From Geosiphon pyriformis uo1 (Eukaryota; Fungi; Glomeromycota), in the NCBI GenBank assembly GCA_016748015.1, contig JAAOMT010000531.1, positions 248,001 to 312,000 on the forward strand: 64,000 nucleotides of DNA, given 5' to 3'. The notes beneath the pieces are model-generated. The model saw only the letters and a program-made list of their open reading frames with translations, made no database searches and was not told the origin of the DNA. Each line of letters begins with the position of its first letter. Position 1 is the stretch's first letter. The translations under genes were made by a program, and so were the position numbers. Shown here piece by piece: positions 14,001-26,252 of the stretch.

Positions 14001-14940
14001 TTTGAAAACATTCATTATTTTGCTTGAAGGGTGTTTGGGACTGTTCATTATGTCTATTAGAAGATTGAACCTGGCTTTAGTGTTATTAACAAAAACATTG
14101 TTGATAATGTGGATTGAGTTTGTATTACTTTGGTCTGGCACTCTAATTCACACATGACTACTGGCTATGGCTGGTTTGTGTTTGTATTTTATGAAGACTT
14201 TGTACTGTCATCTACTAATTACTGTTTGAAAATGTTTTTACAATAAAAGATACTCCAGTGTATTGTGTTTTCATTGTGGAGATGTGGAGGGTTCTAATCA
14301 TTTGTTTATGTACATGTTTGATGTTAAGATTTGCATAGACTTGCTTAAGTTTTATTTAGCTTGGTGGGGTGTTTTGTTAGATTTAAGCTTGGCTTTGTCT
14401 TGAGTTTGTAAATGCTTTCTTTGTATGTTTCTGACAATGTTATCTATACTGCCTTGTGTAAGAATTTTATGTTCAAAGATTGGTTGTTAGAGACTTTGTC
14501 CATTTTTGGTAGTGTTAAGACCACCAGTAAAAATTTTATAAATTTTGTTTAGGACTTGAGACAGCTCATTATACTAATATATGGTTAGTTCAAGCCAAGT
14601 ACAAGGCATTTATAAAGAAAAGAAATTTGATTTTTTGTGATAGTTTATTGTTATCTGAAATCCATGGTCTGTTATCTTTATTTTCTATTGGAGTTGTTAG
14701 TTTGTTTGGTGTTGCTAAAGCACTAGATATTAGTTTTGGTTTTTATAAATCTTGCTGTTTTTTTTCTGGTGTTGATAATACAGTATCAGTTAAGATAAAT
14801 TTATAATATTGCTCTGACCAGTCTAAGTGACTGGTTATGTGTAGAAAATACATAATTTGTGTCTAGTTTAGATTATTTAGTCTGATGTATTGTGTTAGAT
14901 GTTATTTGGGTCTTATTTATTAAACATTAATAATAATAAT
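8074..14940 (+). mobile_element. Full-length degenerate LINE (ORF1 ~8207-10177; ORF2 APE-RT-RNaseH-ZnF ~10174-14806; TAA tail)
   Basis: ORF fragments GDFNKD, KPYEWKGVL, LQNMQKAYNSV, YLGIFLS and KIKRHLGVLSNE are collinear with the copy at 49302-56105. The 3'UTR and (TAA)n tail end at 14940. Probable TSD AAACAATA (8065-8072 / 14941-14948). Confidence 0.9.
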
Positions 14941-16978
14941 AAACAATATTATATTTATAAAAACATTAATACTATTGTTAATACCAAAAATAAATAGATG
15001 CAAAATATATATATTAAAACTTATATTTAAAGCCTTAACAATACTAAACAATTTGACTATATTTTTAACCAATATATACAAAAAACTACCAATAAAAAAA
15101 AACACTAAACTATTTAGCAAAAACAACTTTTTTTTATAATTATATAATATTTAGTATAAGTAAGCCAAATTTTATTTTTATAAGTCAAAGCCAAATCATA
15201 TATAAAATTTGCAATTTTATTGATAATAATTTTAGAATTTTCAAAAATAGAAAAAGACTTTAAAAACCAAGTCTTAAAAATAAAACTCTTATACAAAGTA
15301 ATATATATTATAGTATTTTAATAAACATAATAACAACAATTGAAACATATAAAAAAAACCTGCTTAGATTAAAGAAAAACTTTTATTCAATGGCTTAAGA
15401 AACTAATAAAGTATTATAAGCAATAAAATCTAATAAACATAAAAATAAAATAATCAAAAAACTCAATATTATTACACAAAAAACATAAAACACTATGATA
15501 ATGTTTATTATATAAACATTTATAAACAGCTACAAACAATTAATAATAAAAAGTTTTTATAAAATAAGATAAACATATATAATAATTCAGCTTGTATATT
15601 TAGCTATTATATAAAGTTTAAATACTAGATTCATAAAAAAACAGTTCAATCTATGTTTTTAATCAAACTTTGATCTAAAATAGTAGAACTACAACTAGTT
15701 TTTTAATAAACATAAAAAACAACTTAAAAAATCTTGTAAACAAAATGGTTTGTATTTTTAAAAATACATATACTATTAACTTTTAAAAATTTTTACTAAA
15801 CTACAACCAAAAACACCAAATTTGAAAATAATATAGTACTAACCAACAATTAACTTTATTATTATTAGAAATACCAGAATGGTTTTTGATTTTGAACCAA
15901 AACACATATAGATTTTTTTTACTAATTACTTTAGCAATATAATAATATTCTATTTAATAGTAATTATAAAAATTAAACAATATTAGAACCAGCTTCAACA
16001 AACAAGCATTTAAGATTGGTTAACTGTTTAAAAACACTATAATTGAACAAAATAAAAAAATACACTCCAAAACCAATATAATAGTCTGTAACTTAACCAA
16101 AATAGATAATACCAAACCAAAAATTCTGACATTAATACTGAAATTCAAATTATTAAAAAACACTGTAGTATTAGCTTTTATATTTATTAAACCTAAATTT
16201 TTTATAAAGCTATTAGTATAAACAAAAACACAAAAAAAACCAATATTTAGCAATTTATTATATATTTAATAAAATTTATTAAAACTTAAAACATTTAAAA
16301 GCTGAGTATTTTTCATAAAAGAAATAAAAAACTGTTAATTTAAAAGAGTATTTAAATATACTATTGTTAAAAAAAACTATGTTAAAATTAAACTGTAAAA
16401 ATCAAAATGTTTTTAGTACTTAAAAGTTTTCTAATTAAGAATCTTACTATTTCTATTATGTAGCTATTTAATAAAAACAATAAAACATTTAATTAAATAA
16501 TAAACTTTAAAAAAAACAAAATTACTAAAGACCACAAACATTAGAGTATTTTTAGAAAACTAAAATACTAAAAGCATAATATTATTCAGAAACAAATTAT
16601 AATCACAAAAAATTTTAATCACATTAGTTAAAAAATTGTTAACTATATTAACATAAAAACAAACCAAAAAAAACAAAAAATAGCAAAAAGATCAACTTAA
16701 AACTTAAAAATCCAGAAATCTATAATTGAACAGTTAATTCACAATATTACTAATATTTAAAAAGTTCAAGAAAAAAACCAATTTGTATTTAGTCTATATC
16801 TGTTTAAAAGATTTAAGTCATATAAAAAGAGATAATAAATTATATTATTAGAAAAGTTTAATAACAAATTAGCTTTAGATTTCAAATTTTTACAAACTAG
16901 AATGTCTTACTTATTATACATACTAACTAAAATAAAACTAAACTGGGTTTTATAACTAATAATAAAATATAAAACCAC

Positions 16979-19365
16979 TATTACTAAAAGATTTTCACAC
17001 TTTTTAATGCAAAAATTACAACATATACAATAGAAATTAACATTAAAATCATATAAAAAAGACTTATATCATCACATTTAATTAACAAAATCAGCTGACA
17101 ATCTGAAAATAAATAATCAGCAATTAATCCAATTACAATAAAGAAATATGGCACAATTTAACAGTTTAACTAAGTTGGATACAAAAAATTTTGGCAAACT
17201 AAAAAATACCAATGGAAATAAATAATTAATATATGTAATTAGATAACAACAGATTTTGTTATGCTCCAAAAATTTTCATATACCCTTATTAAAACAATCT
17301 AACATTTTAGATCCACAATTAATGATTAAAAGTAGTTACCAAAAAATATAATCAATTGATCTACTTCTAATTATGTTGATCATAATTATAATTAGTATTA
17401 TTGATTTATAATTAATGTTCTAAATTCAGCTATCTAAATCTGATTATCTAAAAATTACTAACTTAGAGAAAAATAACATATCAAGTAAACTTATCATTGT
17501 TATCAGAGGTTTTTGGTCTCTTTTCTTAAATGTTATTAATGTTTGTTTGTTTGTTTTAAATTCACGTTTTCTAGAAGTAGTTGAACCTCCAATAACTGAA
17601 TTTATCTTCAAATTATCTCCTATAATTTGAACTGCTGGGCTTATAAGTGAAATGGCCAATTCCATACCAGTTACTTTGTGTAGTTATGTTGTAGTAAACA
17701 TCAACTCTTTCCCAAAAATTGCTCATCTAGAAGTTCACTAAAAATGGGTAGTTACTTTGCTGTGAAAGTCAACTCTTCTACAAGAATCTTGTCTGTAGAC
17801 TACCCTAATGATTTGTAATAAGAAAATACAAAAAAATAAAAGAACTGTAAAAAAAATAGGATTTTATTAAGGAAAACGTTTTTTATTCAGGCCTGGAGTC
17901 ACTAACAGTTTATTGAAATTGGTAGCTAATCAATTTCAAAACATTAGTTGTGTTGAGAGAATTTCAAGTGTAATAATTTAAGGATTTGGTTTTTTGAATA
18001 TTTAATTTTTTTTTTATTTAATTTTTGTAAAAAGTGATTTGTTCTAATTAAGATATCTAAAGTAAGATACTATGGTAAGATATGAGAAGGATACATTTTC
18101 TTGAAGAGAAAAGCTTTTCTTTTATACAACTTGTTGTAGTACTAGTCTTTGAACTTGCACTTTTCTTTTTGCTACAATTTGGGTGAACTAAAGATACATT
18201 TCGGCGAATTTACAAGTTATTTCACTGAACTATTGATTATTTCAGCAAATTTTCATTAATTTCGACGAATTTTGACTATGTTAAAAGGTTCAAGATATTG
18301 TGTAATTTGATCATCTTAATTTCTATAGTACAAATCGGGTTATTGATTAAGTAATAATATTTGATAATTTGGCTAATTAATAAGTGATAATTGAAATAAT
18401 AATAATATGCTACTTAAGAATTATAAAGATAATTTCATGCTAATTAATAGTTAAAATTCCACTGGTAACATCATAAATTGATTAAATTAAAATATATAAT
18501 TAATTAATGTATCTTAAATAGTTTTAATATAGTATGTAGATCTAATATAATTTAGCTATATATACAGTCTTTTTATTAGTTCAGAAAAGTATTAGTTTAA
18601 TACTAAGCCAACTCTTCACTATAGTTTTATAGTGAGCAGTTAGTTCTCTTTTCTACCTTTCACTTTTTTTTTCCTTTTTTTATATGCTCTAAATACTTGT
18701 TATTACAATCTTAAGTATGTCTTTACATATTCTTTATTACTATTTGGAATCATGTTGTTTATAATCTTTTATCTACTTGTTATCACCATTTCAAGTTGTT
18801 CTATTACTTCTAATCTTTCAAAATTATGTATTATTACCATTTTACATTAAGTTTTGTTTTATTGAACAAGTTGTTAAATATTAAGATAAGTAATAAAATA
18901 TCCTATTGTTAGAGAATAGTCTCAACAATAAGAGGTTTAAATCAAAATCTATTTTAGTTATGTTTTACTTTTACAATTCTTTTATAATTCCTATAACTTC
19001 ATTTTCAAAGCAGGTATTTGAACACCACACTCTTTCAATGACTAATTAAAAAAATTCTGGTTATGTATTATTTAGAGTAATTGGTTTTATTTCTGTTGTT
19101 GATTGTGTTTTTAATACATATAAAGAGATATGATTTTTTTTTCTTCTTATAAATATCTAAGACTGGTTTTTGTCCAAAAACAAATAATAATAACAATACT
19201 TTTCTCACTTTTAACAACTTTATTACATACATTTGTTGCTCTTCTACTTACTGAAATAGTCTATACACTTATAATATGCTATAGTCTATAGCATAATTAT
19301 GGTAATATGTATTATCAGTTAAGCTAAGAAATGTTTTCTAATACTGACAAAAACAACTGGTAACA
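16979..19365. mobile_element. Solo LTR family C (~1.4 kb after removing the nested LTR)
   Basis: Termini tattactaa (decayed TGTTACCAG) and CTGGTAACA. 4-bp TSD CCAC (16975-78 / 19366-69). The host LINE is collinear across it. Confidence 0.75.
17498..18470 (-). mobile_element. Solo LTR family B (best-preserved copy)
   Basis: TGTTA...TAACA termini, exact 4-bp TSD TCAT, 973 bp. Homologous to 40036-40993, 47358-48328 and ~60992-61950. Orientation is inferred from a TATA-like GTATAAA on the minus strand. Confidence 0.88.
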
Positions 19366-19847
19366 CCACTAAAACCAAATAGAGAAACTGCTTATTAATA
19401 ATAATTTGTATTGGTTTTTAATATAAAAAATAGCAAAAAATTAACCCAATTATAATTGAACAAATTTATTAAAAATGTTGATTATTTAAAGTGTTGTATT
19501 TGTTTTATTTGTTTTATTTAAGATAAATTTAATTGGCTTAAATAATTAATTACACATTGTTTATAGTGTGAGCTTTGTTTAATGTGTGATAATTAATGGT
19601 TGTTTAATATTAAACATTAAAAAAAATTATAAAATCAACATATTTGTAAAAATGTTATATTACAATTGATTTTTTGATTTTTTTTACAAAAATAATTTTG
19701 TTAAATTGTATAATTATGTAAAAAAACCAAAAATTCTAATTATTTTACCCCATTTTTTGTTATTTTTTATAATAATCACAAATTATAATATTCTTTTTCC
19801 TTTTAAAACAAAATCCAACCCAAAAGCTCCTTGCCCAAGTGCCAAAA

Positions 19848-20180
19848 ATGTTTTTCGTTCCCTTTTCTCAACGCGCAAATCTATCAGGTTTGCTTTCGAA
19901 CATACTTCGTTCGACCACCCGCTTTTGTAATAGCAATAATAAAAGATTCCTCATGACCACAAACCCTTTCAGCGCCCCTCTTTTCGTTTCACATGGACCT
20001 CGAAGGTGTGTCACCCCATTTCTTTTACGCGCTTCACCAACATTCACCATGGTTCAACGGGGGATGAAAGTCCGAAGTTCGGTGAAGAAAATTTGTGACG
20101 GGTGCTATACTGTGCGCAGACGTGGTTATCTTTTTGTGCTTTGTAAGAAGAATCCGAAGCATAAACAACGACAAGGATAG
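19848..20180 (+). CDS. RTC6: Mitochondrial ribosomal protein bL36m (L36 family) with N-terminal presequence
   Basis: The C-terminus [38 protein letters not shown] is the canonical L36 zinc ribbon. It is preceded by an Arg/Ser-rich, acid-free presequence. First ATG at 19848. Confidence 0.95.
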   Translation: MFFVPFSQRANLSGLLSNILRSTTRFCNSNNKRFLMTTNPFSAPLFVSHGPRRCVTPFLLRASPTFTMVQRGMKVRSSVKKICDGCYTVRRRGYLFVLCKKNPKHKQRQG

Positions 20181-20615
20181 ATTCGGGAGTAATGCGGGAT
20201 TTAATTTTTTTTTCAACGCCAATTTCTTGAATCAAAATTCGTTGTGTGAGAGATCTTAGGTGATTGTATTACCACATGTAATTTTTCATTTTCAAGAGTA
20301 TTTCAATTAATACAATACAATGGGTAGGTTATTTCCTGAATTCATTTTGTTGCTATTATGGATGTCCTATTTTTTCGCTTGTCTCAATTCGTTCCGCACG
20401 TAATAGGATCACATCAAACGATATATAGTATAGTATTCAAGACATTATTATGTTTTCTTCTTAATTGTGTATAGTAAAACCCAAAATATTTACTTAACCA
20501 AATATCTTACGAGATCTCCTTCCAGCAAAAAATATAAAAAAATTCTTTCACCAAGACAACTCAGAATAAACTGTCCCATAGCTGTTTCTTCCCATTGATG
20601 ATTGTTGAACTTCTT

Positions 20616-22346
20616 TTAATAAAAAATCTCTTCCAGTTCTGGTGGTTCCTTTTTCCACTTTGGGTCATATCTGGCAAACCCTTCTTTGATAGTTTGTGTC
20701 AATAGTCTAACACCACCTGGCGTTTCAACATTACCAGATGCTGGTACACGTGCCCATAAACTTTCTAAGTTATAATAAGCCCGTGCTTCAGAAGTGAAGA
20801 TGTGGACCATGACCGGACCGGTATCAATTAACATCCAGTCTTCAGAATCTCGACCCTCTATTATCGGATAATTATCTACCGTGGAATCAACGGGGTTTCT
20901 ATCCAGTGCGGCTTGTTTCAACTTATTTTTCAACTAAAGTTTCAATATTAAGAATGTCATCTTAATAAAGTACTTGGAACCGTTTCAGTGAAATTTGCTA
21001 TGAAGGAATTATTTAATGATACAAACAACTTAGAAACATCACGGGAAGTCACCTACCCCTTTATAGACACCATCGCAAATGCCCAAAAGATGCCTAGCTC
21101 CCTTTGCTTCTGCGACAATCATCCAATCTGTCCAATCACATTTATTTCTTAAATCAAGAACCTTCATATTAGCTGCACCCTCCTCTTCCAAAAAGCCTAT
21201 AATTTCTAAAGCTTTTGATCCTGAAGGGTTATTTCGATCAAGTCCAGGTATCACCTCGTTGAATTTTGAGGGGGGCTCACGTCCAGATATCGAGGCCGCT
21301 TTTCTTTGCCATAAAGGAATATATTCATCTGAGACACGCTCTTCGGCATTTTCACCCTGGGGAATCTCATATTCAGAGTCCACAAACCATGAGTCATTGG
21401 CATCATCATGCTGTGATAATATTTCCTTTTGATATTTTTTATGGTCAACTCTACTGTAACCATTTGCATTACTGTCTGAATTCGTATCATATTGATGTGC
21501 GGTATCCCAATTTTCATGTTCCTCATTCTCGTGAAATGACTCATCAGACGGGGAAGCCTGTTGATTGGGATAAAGTTGTGGATATTGTTCTGGATCAATT
21601 TCTTCAACTTCATGCGCTTGGCTTTCGAATTCCCTCATTCTTTCTGTGAGTTTTTCCTGGTTTTCTTCCTCCGTGTCTGATTCTTCGTCGCTTGATAAAT
21701 AACTGTAGGAATTTTCATTAGACTCTTCATCAGAATCTGTTTCAAACTCTACGACTCCTGCAGTAATATCGTCATCCAATCCAATTTCTTCATCGTCTGA
21801 AGTCTCTTGATCATAAGATGCTTTTACATTAGAATCCGAAAAACTTACTGCCTTCTTGTTTTGCCGTGGTATTCCTCTATTCAAACCACTCTTCCCTCTC
21901 TGCCCACTATTTTTTGCCGCTGTAGCATCATTTTCGCTCTTGCGAAGCGCCCGAAGCCTTGCCCCAGAAAGTGCGGACGCATAACTTCGGCTAGCATTGC
22001 TTTTTACGATTCTTTGGATAATAAAAAGCTTCCCTACATTACGTAGCTTATGGGAAAGCAGAAAATTTTCTCCATGAACTTTGCTCGCTTTTACAACCAA
22101 AGTTGAAAAGAGTTGTAAATTCCTGCCGGATCTCTTAGTGTGGGAAAATACTATTGAAAAGGCAGGAAGCATAAAGGCTGAATTAACTCCAGAAAGTTTT
22201 GCAAGTCCTGGGTGCTTACAATTAGCAGAACTCTGACCATGTGATCTCTTTGATCCTTGGTGTCGCAGATCGTAGAATATATTGGGCCAAAGAGATTTTG
22301 AAAATGAAAAAAAAATTCTTGGTTTTTGAATCTTTAGCTTTTTCAT
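20616..22346 (-). CDS. Mitochondrial RsfS/Iojap-family ribosome silencing/assembly factor (MALSU1/Atp25 N-domain-like); join(21057-22346, 20616-20933)
   Basis: RsfS motifs VLDLRNKCDWTDWMIVAE..GARHL and IEGRDSEDWMLIDTGPVMVHIFTSEARAYYNLESLW are joined by a phase-0 GT-AG intron at 20934-21056. Basic presequence followed by a long acidic linker. About 535 aa. Confidence 0.9.
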
Positions 22347-25049
22347 CTTTTTATTTACATGTATGTAAATGATATATTGTTTTTTTGAATTCCAATTTAA
22401 ATTAATGGTTAAAAACAGATTATTATATTAAATACAATTCAAATTCTTTATTCTAATTCACTTTGTTATTTCAATTATAATTTATAATGTTTACAATTTA
22501 ATTTATTCTTAAAAATCATATATTGTACAAAACCAAAATTACATTTTTAAATATATTAAAATTGTTTTATTGTTAAAAATATATTATTAATTTATAAGTT
22601 ATTAATTTTTTTAGTTTATTATTTTTTATTTTTTTATTTTTAGGAAAATTTGTTTATTGTATTAAAATGTATAATAATTTAAACAATCTTTTTAAAACAA
22701 ATACAAAATTTAACTTTTTTTTTGCAAATTATTTCTAAATTTAAAATACATAACAGCAAATATTTTTTATATGTTAAAAAATTATACATGATTTTTTATT
22801 AATTTTTTAAAAGTTTTAACTATTATATTTTTAAAAAATTGATTAATATAATATATTAATTTTTCTAATCCAAGTTTTTTTATTCAGAATTTAACTATTT
22901 AGTTTAATTTAATTAAAAGTAATAATTATATAATAATTATAACAATTATTATAAATTAACATATTTTATAATAGGTTTTTACTATATTAATTAGCTGTAT
23001 TTTGTAATATTTAATATAACTGTTTTATAAGTTTAAAAATATTTTTATTAAAACTTTTTAATAATTGCTTTTTAATTTAATTTAATAGATAATAATTGTT
23101 TATTTAATATTATTTTGTTTGTGTTAAATTTCAACAAAATAAAAAAAACTGCAAATTATTTTAAATTTTAATTTACTTTAATATTTTATTTTATTTTATT
23201 TTTTTATTTAATTAACAAATAAGATTTAAATATTATTTAATATAATATATTAAATTAAATAATTTAAATTAAACATAAATTATATATTTACTATATATAA
23301 TCAACTACTTAAACTAATTAAAACAATATTAAGTTTCTATATAAACATAAATATTATTGTCAATATCAGAAAAAAATGACCACAAAATATATATACCAAA
23401 GCCAATATTTAAAGTTATAACAATATTAAGCAATTTAACTATATTTTTTAATAACATATTTGGAAAACTGTTAATAAAAAGAAGCATTAAACCATTTAAT
23501 AAAATCAAACATTTTTTTTTATGATTACTTAATATTTAAAACAAATACATTAAATATTATTTTTATATACTAAGCTTAAGTTATATACAAAGTTCACAAT
23601 TCTATTAACAGTTATTTTAAACTTTCTAAAAACAGAAAAAAATTCTAAATATTAAACTCTAAAAACAAAACTTTTGTATAAAACAGTATAGTGAACTTTC
23701 TCTATAGTCCCTTTGGTTATAGTTATTATCTTCTTATAATCACATTTTTTTAAAAACCAAAACTATCTATATATAATATTATCTCCTTATAGTCACATTT
23801 ACTATATATATTTCCTTATATCTATTTTCACAAATATAATAGCAGAATATAAGTAATTTCCACTCTCTATAGTCATACTATAATTATATAATATTAGATA
23901 TGAACATCAAATATCATCTCATATTTAATCAGACATGTACAGTCAGAGAAATTTCCTGATTTGTTAATGGAAATCATTCTTTTTATGGTAGTAAAAAAAA
24001 TTAGAGAAGTTTCTGGAAACGATTATAGAACACTAAACAAAATTTCTCAAATATTACAACATTTAATTACTTTTCTTCTTTATAAGCCACCACTGCTATC
24101 AGAAGACAATGACAGAACTATTATATCTGGCTTATTGTTTGCGGATATTATAAGAGTTTTAATAATAGTTGACATATGGTACAGTACTGTTGCTCTTGGT
24201 GCTTTGGAGACTAGTGGTGCTTTAGAGACTGGTAGTGCTTTGGAGACTGTTGTTGTAAGTATCGATGAAGTTACTCTGAATCAAACTTTGGCTAATGAGA
24301 TTACTTTTTCTCCATATTGGGAAAAAAAATTAACAGACCTACAAGTGAGAATAATGGCCCAATGGAATTCTCTGGGAACAAGTTTGTTAATGGGACATTG
24401 CTTGAGCAAATCAACTGGGAACAGAGTTTGAATTTACCTTTCCTTAAGAAGAGAAATGTAATCAGTAATAAAACTCAGAGCATGAAGATTCTAATATATA
24501 CCCAATAAATACATTTTCACACCAACTTTGACATCCATGATTAAAAAAGAGCTCCATACTAGCAATTATATTCATTATTCAACCAATATTTAGTATTAGT
24601 GAGTAAAAGTTTGACTGATAGTTTTAAAGATGGATTAAAAATCAACTTTTTTGGGGCAAATAAATCTGTGTTGAATGCTTTTCATAATCCAAACATAATT
24701 ATGCAGAATGGAGATTCGAATCTAGACTCAACATATCATGTTTTAAAAATGCCAATTATAAATAGTAATACACCCAACTCAAGCTAAACAAAACTGTACA
24801 CAATACAATATATTTCTAACTTCTTGAAAGATATTTATTAGGCTGTCACACAATTAACTTGATAAGCTTTGAAAACATGATTACTTAAAAGAGGTATTAG
24901 AGAGTTAATAATAGGTAATAGTTGTGATTTTATTAACAAATTTATATTTTTTGATAATCTGCTTTTTTACTTGTTACTGGAATTGGTTTTCAAGTATCTA
25001 ACAATGTTTTTTTAATTCATCTTGCTTTAAGAAAGTCTATTTTTTTCAT

Positions 25050-25880
25050 CCATGCAATTTCACTGAATTTTTTTATTTCTTTGCTTAATATCCATTCATA
25101 GCCAATATTATAAAAAACACGATTAAAGACATTTGGATTTACAAACTGTGTCTTTCTTATTTGAACTCAAAATTGATTTGATTTAGCAATAAAGCTAGAA
25201 AATGTATGAGACTTGTATATTTCATTTTTAGAATATCCAATGACATTAAAGAGGTTAGTACACAATTTCTCAAATTTGATACAGTTATGTGTTGCAATTT
25301 CCCAATGTTGTTGTAAAGGTATAGAAAAAATCAATGATTTGAGCATTTTGTTAATTTCTTCAAGTATTGTATCATAGCCTTGATGTTGATTTGAAAGTTT
25401 AGATCAAGAAATTACAATTCTTTTTTGAATCAGCTTGCAAACTTCAGACTTCAATTGTAGTCATTGTTCTTTATCAGCAATTTCAATTAATTGGTAAATA
25501 AGATGACACCAAGCAAACCAAATTGGTGCAAACATTTGTCTAGCTGCGAGTCTTAATGAAAACCTATTAAAACAAACTCCAATGTGAAAGTTAATAATTG
25601 CTTGTAAATAAAAAAAGACTTGTTTATACTTTAATCTGAACATGAGATCTGTTTCATTTTGGGCCCATTCTAAGTAACCTTCAACAGATGGATTTTCTTT
25701 AAAAACAACATATGGCCACATTAATTCGAAAGCCATTGCATGCCTATATATATTACATATCAAATCCCATGACTTATAATGATCAGAACATTTTTTAAAA
25801 AACTGCAGTTGACTTTCACTCCAATATCCCTGACATTGTGCAAAGTATTTTATATTGATATTCCAATTGATATAGATGTT
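25050..25880 (-). pseudogene. Captured fragment of an unrelated gene inside the pogo element
   Basis: Continuous frame with stops: NWNINIKYFAQCQGYWSESQLQFFKKCSDHYKSWDLICNIYRHAMAFEL...HQGYDTILEEINKMLK...WEIATHNCIKFEKL. Confidence 0.6.
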
Positions 25881-26252
25881 GTTGTGTTTGGAGAGCTTGA
25901 CAACATAACATTGTGCTATTTTCTATGCAATTATGCAAGTATATAGAGAATTAAATTGACAGCCTTCATTATTGATCATCAGTTGGGAGTAAGAGACAAA
26001 AAGTGTTGCAGATGCATTATTAAAATTAGGTTTCTTTTTACCAAGAATCTGTCATTTGTACTTAGAATCCTACAGTTGGATTAAAATTTTCATTTTTATA
26101 ATTTGGCCACTTTTTATAATCTGAGGCACCTCATATAACATAAGATACTTCACATGTCTGATTAGATATAAGACAAAATAACATTTGAGACATAACAGAT
26201 ATATTAATGCATTATAAAAGCAAAATACAATAAAAAGTGTGTTCTTATTAAC

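Larger units (their letters stand above)
7941..19450 (-). mobile_element. Old 5'-truncated LINE acting as host of nest 1 (pieces 7941-8072, 14941-16978, 19366-~19450)
   Basis: The TTA tail and 3'UTR are at 7941-8072. The sequence resumes collinearly after each insertion (Zn finger, RNase H ORF 16020-16253, RT C-terminus). Confidence 0.75.

Noticed and set aside
21079-22046. Several overlapping ORFs within the RsfS gene
   Set aside because: Alternate-frame or antisense shadows with no recognisable motifs.
19848-22346. Horizontal transfer or endosymbiont origin of rpmJ- and rsfS-like genes
   Set aside because: Both have mitochondrial presequences and one has a spliceosomal intron, so they are ordinary nuclear mitochondrial genes.
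22400-23180. Possible relic of another TE upstream of the RsfS gene
   Set aside because: Too decayed to align by eye to anything in the window.
23961-24431. 156-aa plus-strand ORF as a real gene
   Set aside because: Non-ATG start and no motifs. The opposite strand gives a more protein-like reading, so it is probably a shadow ORF.
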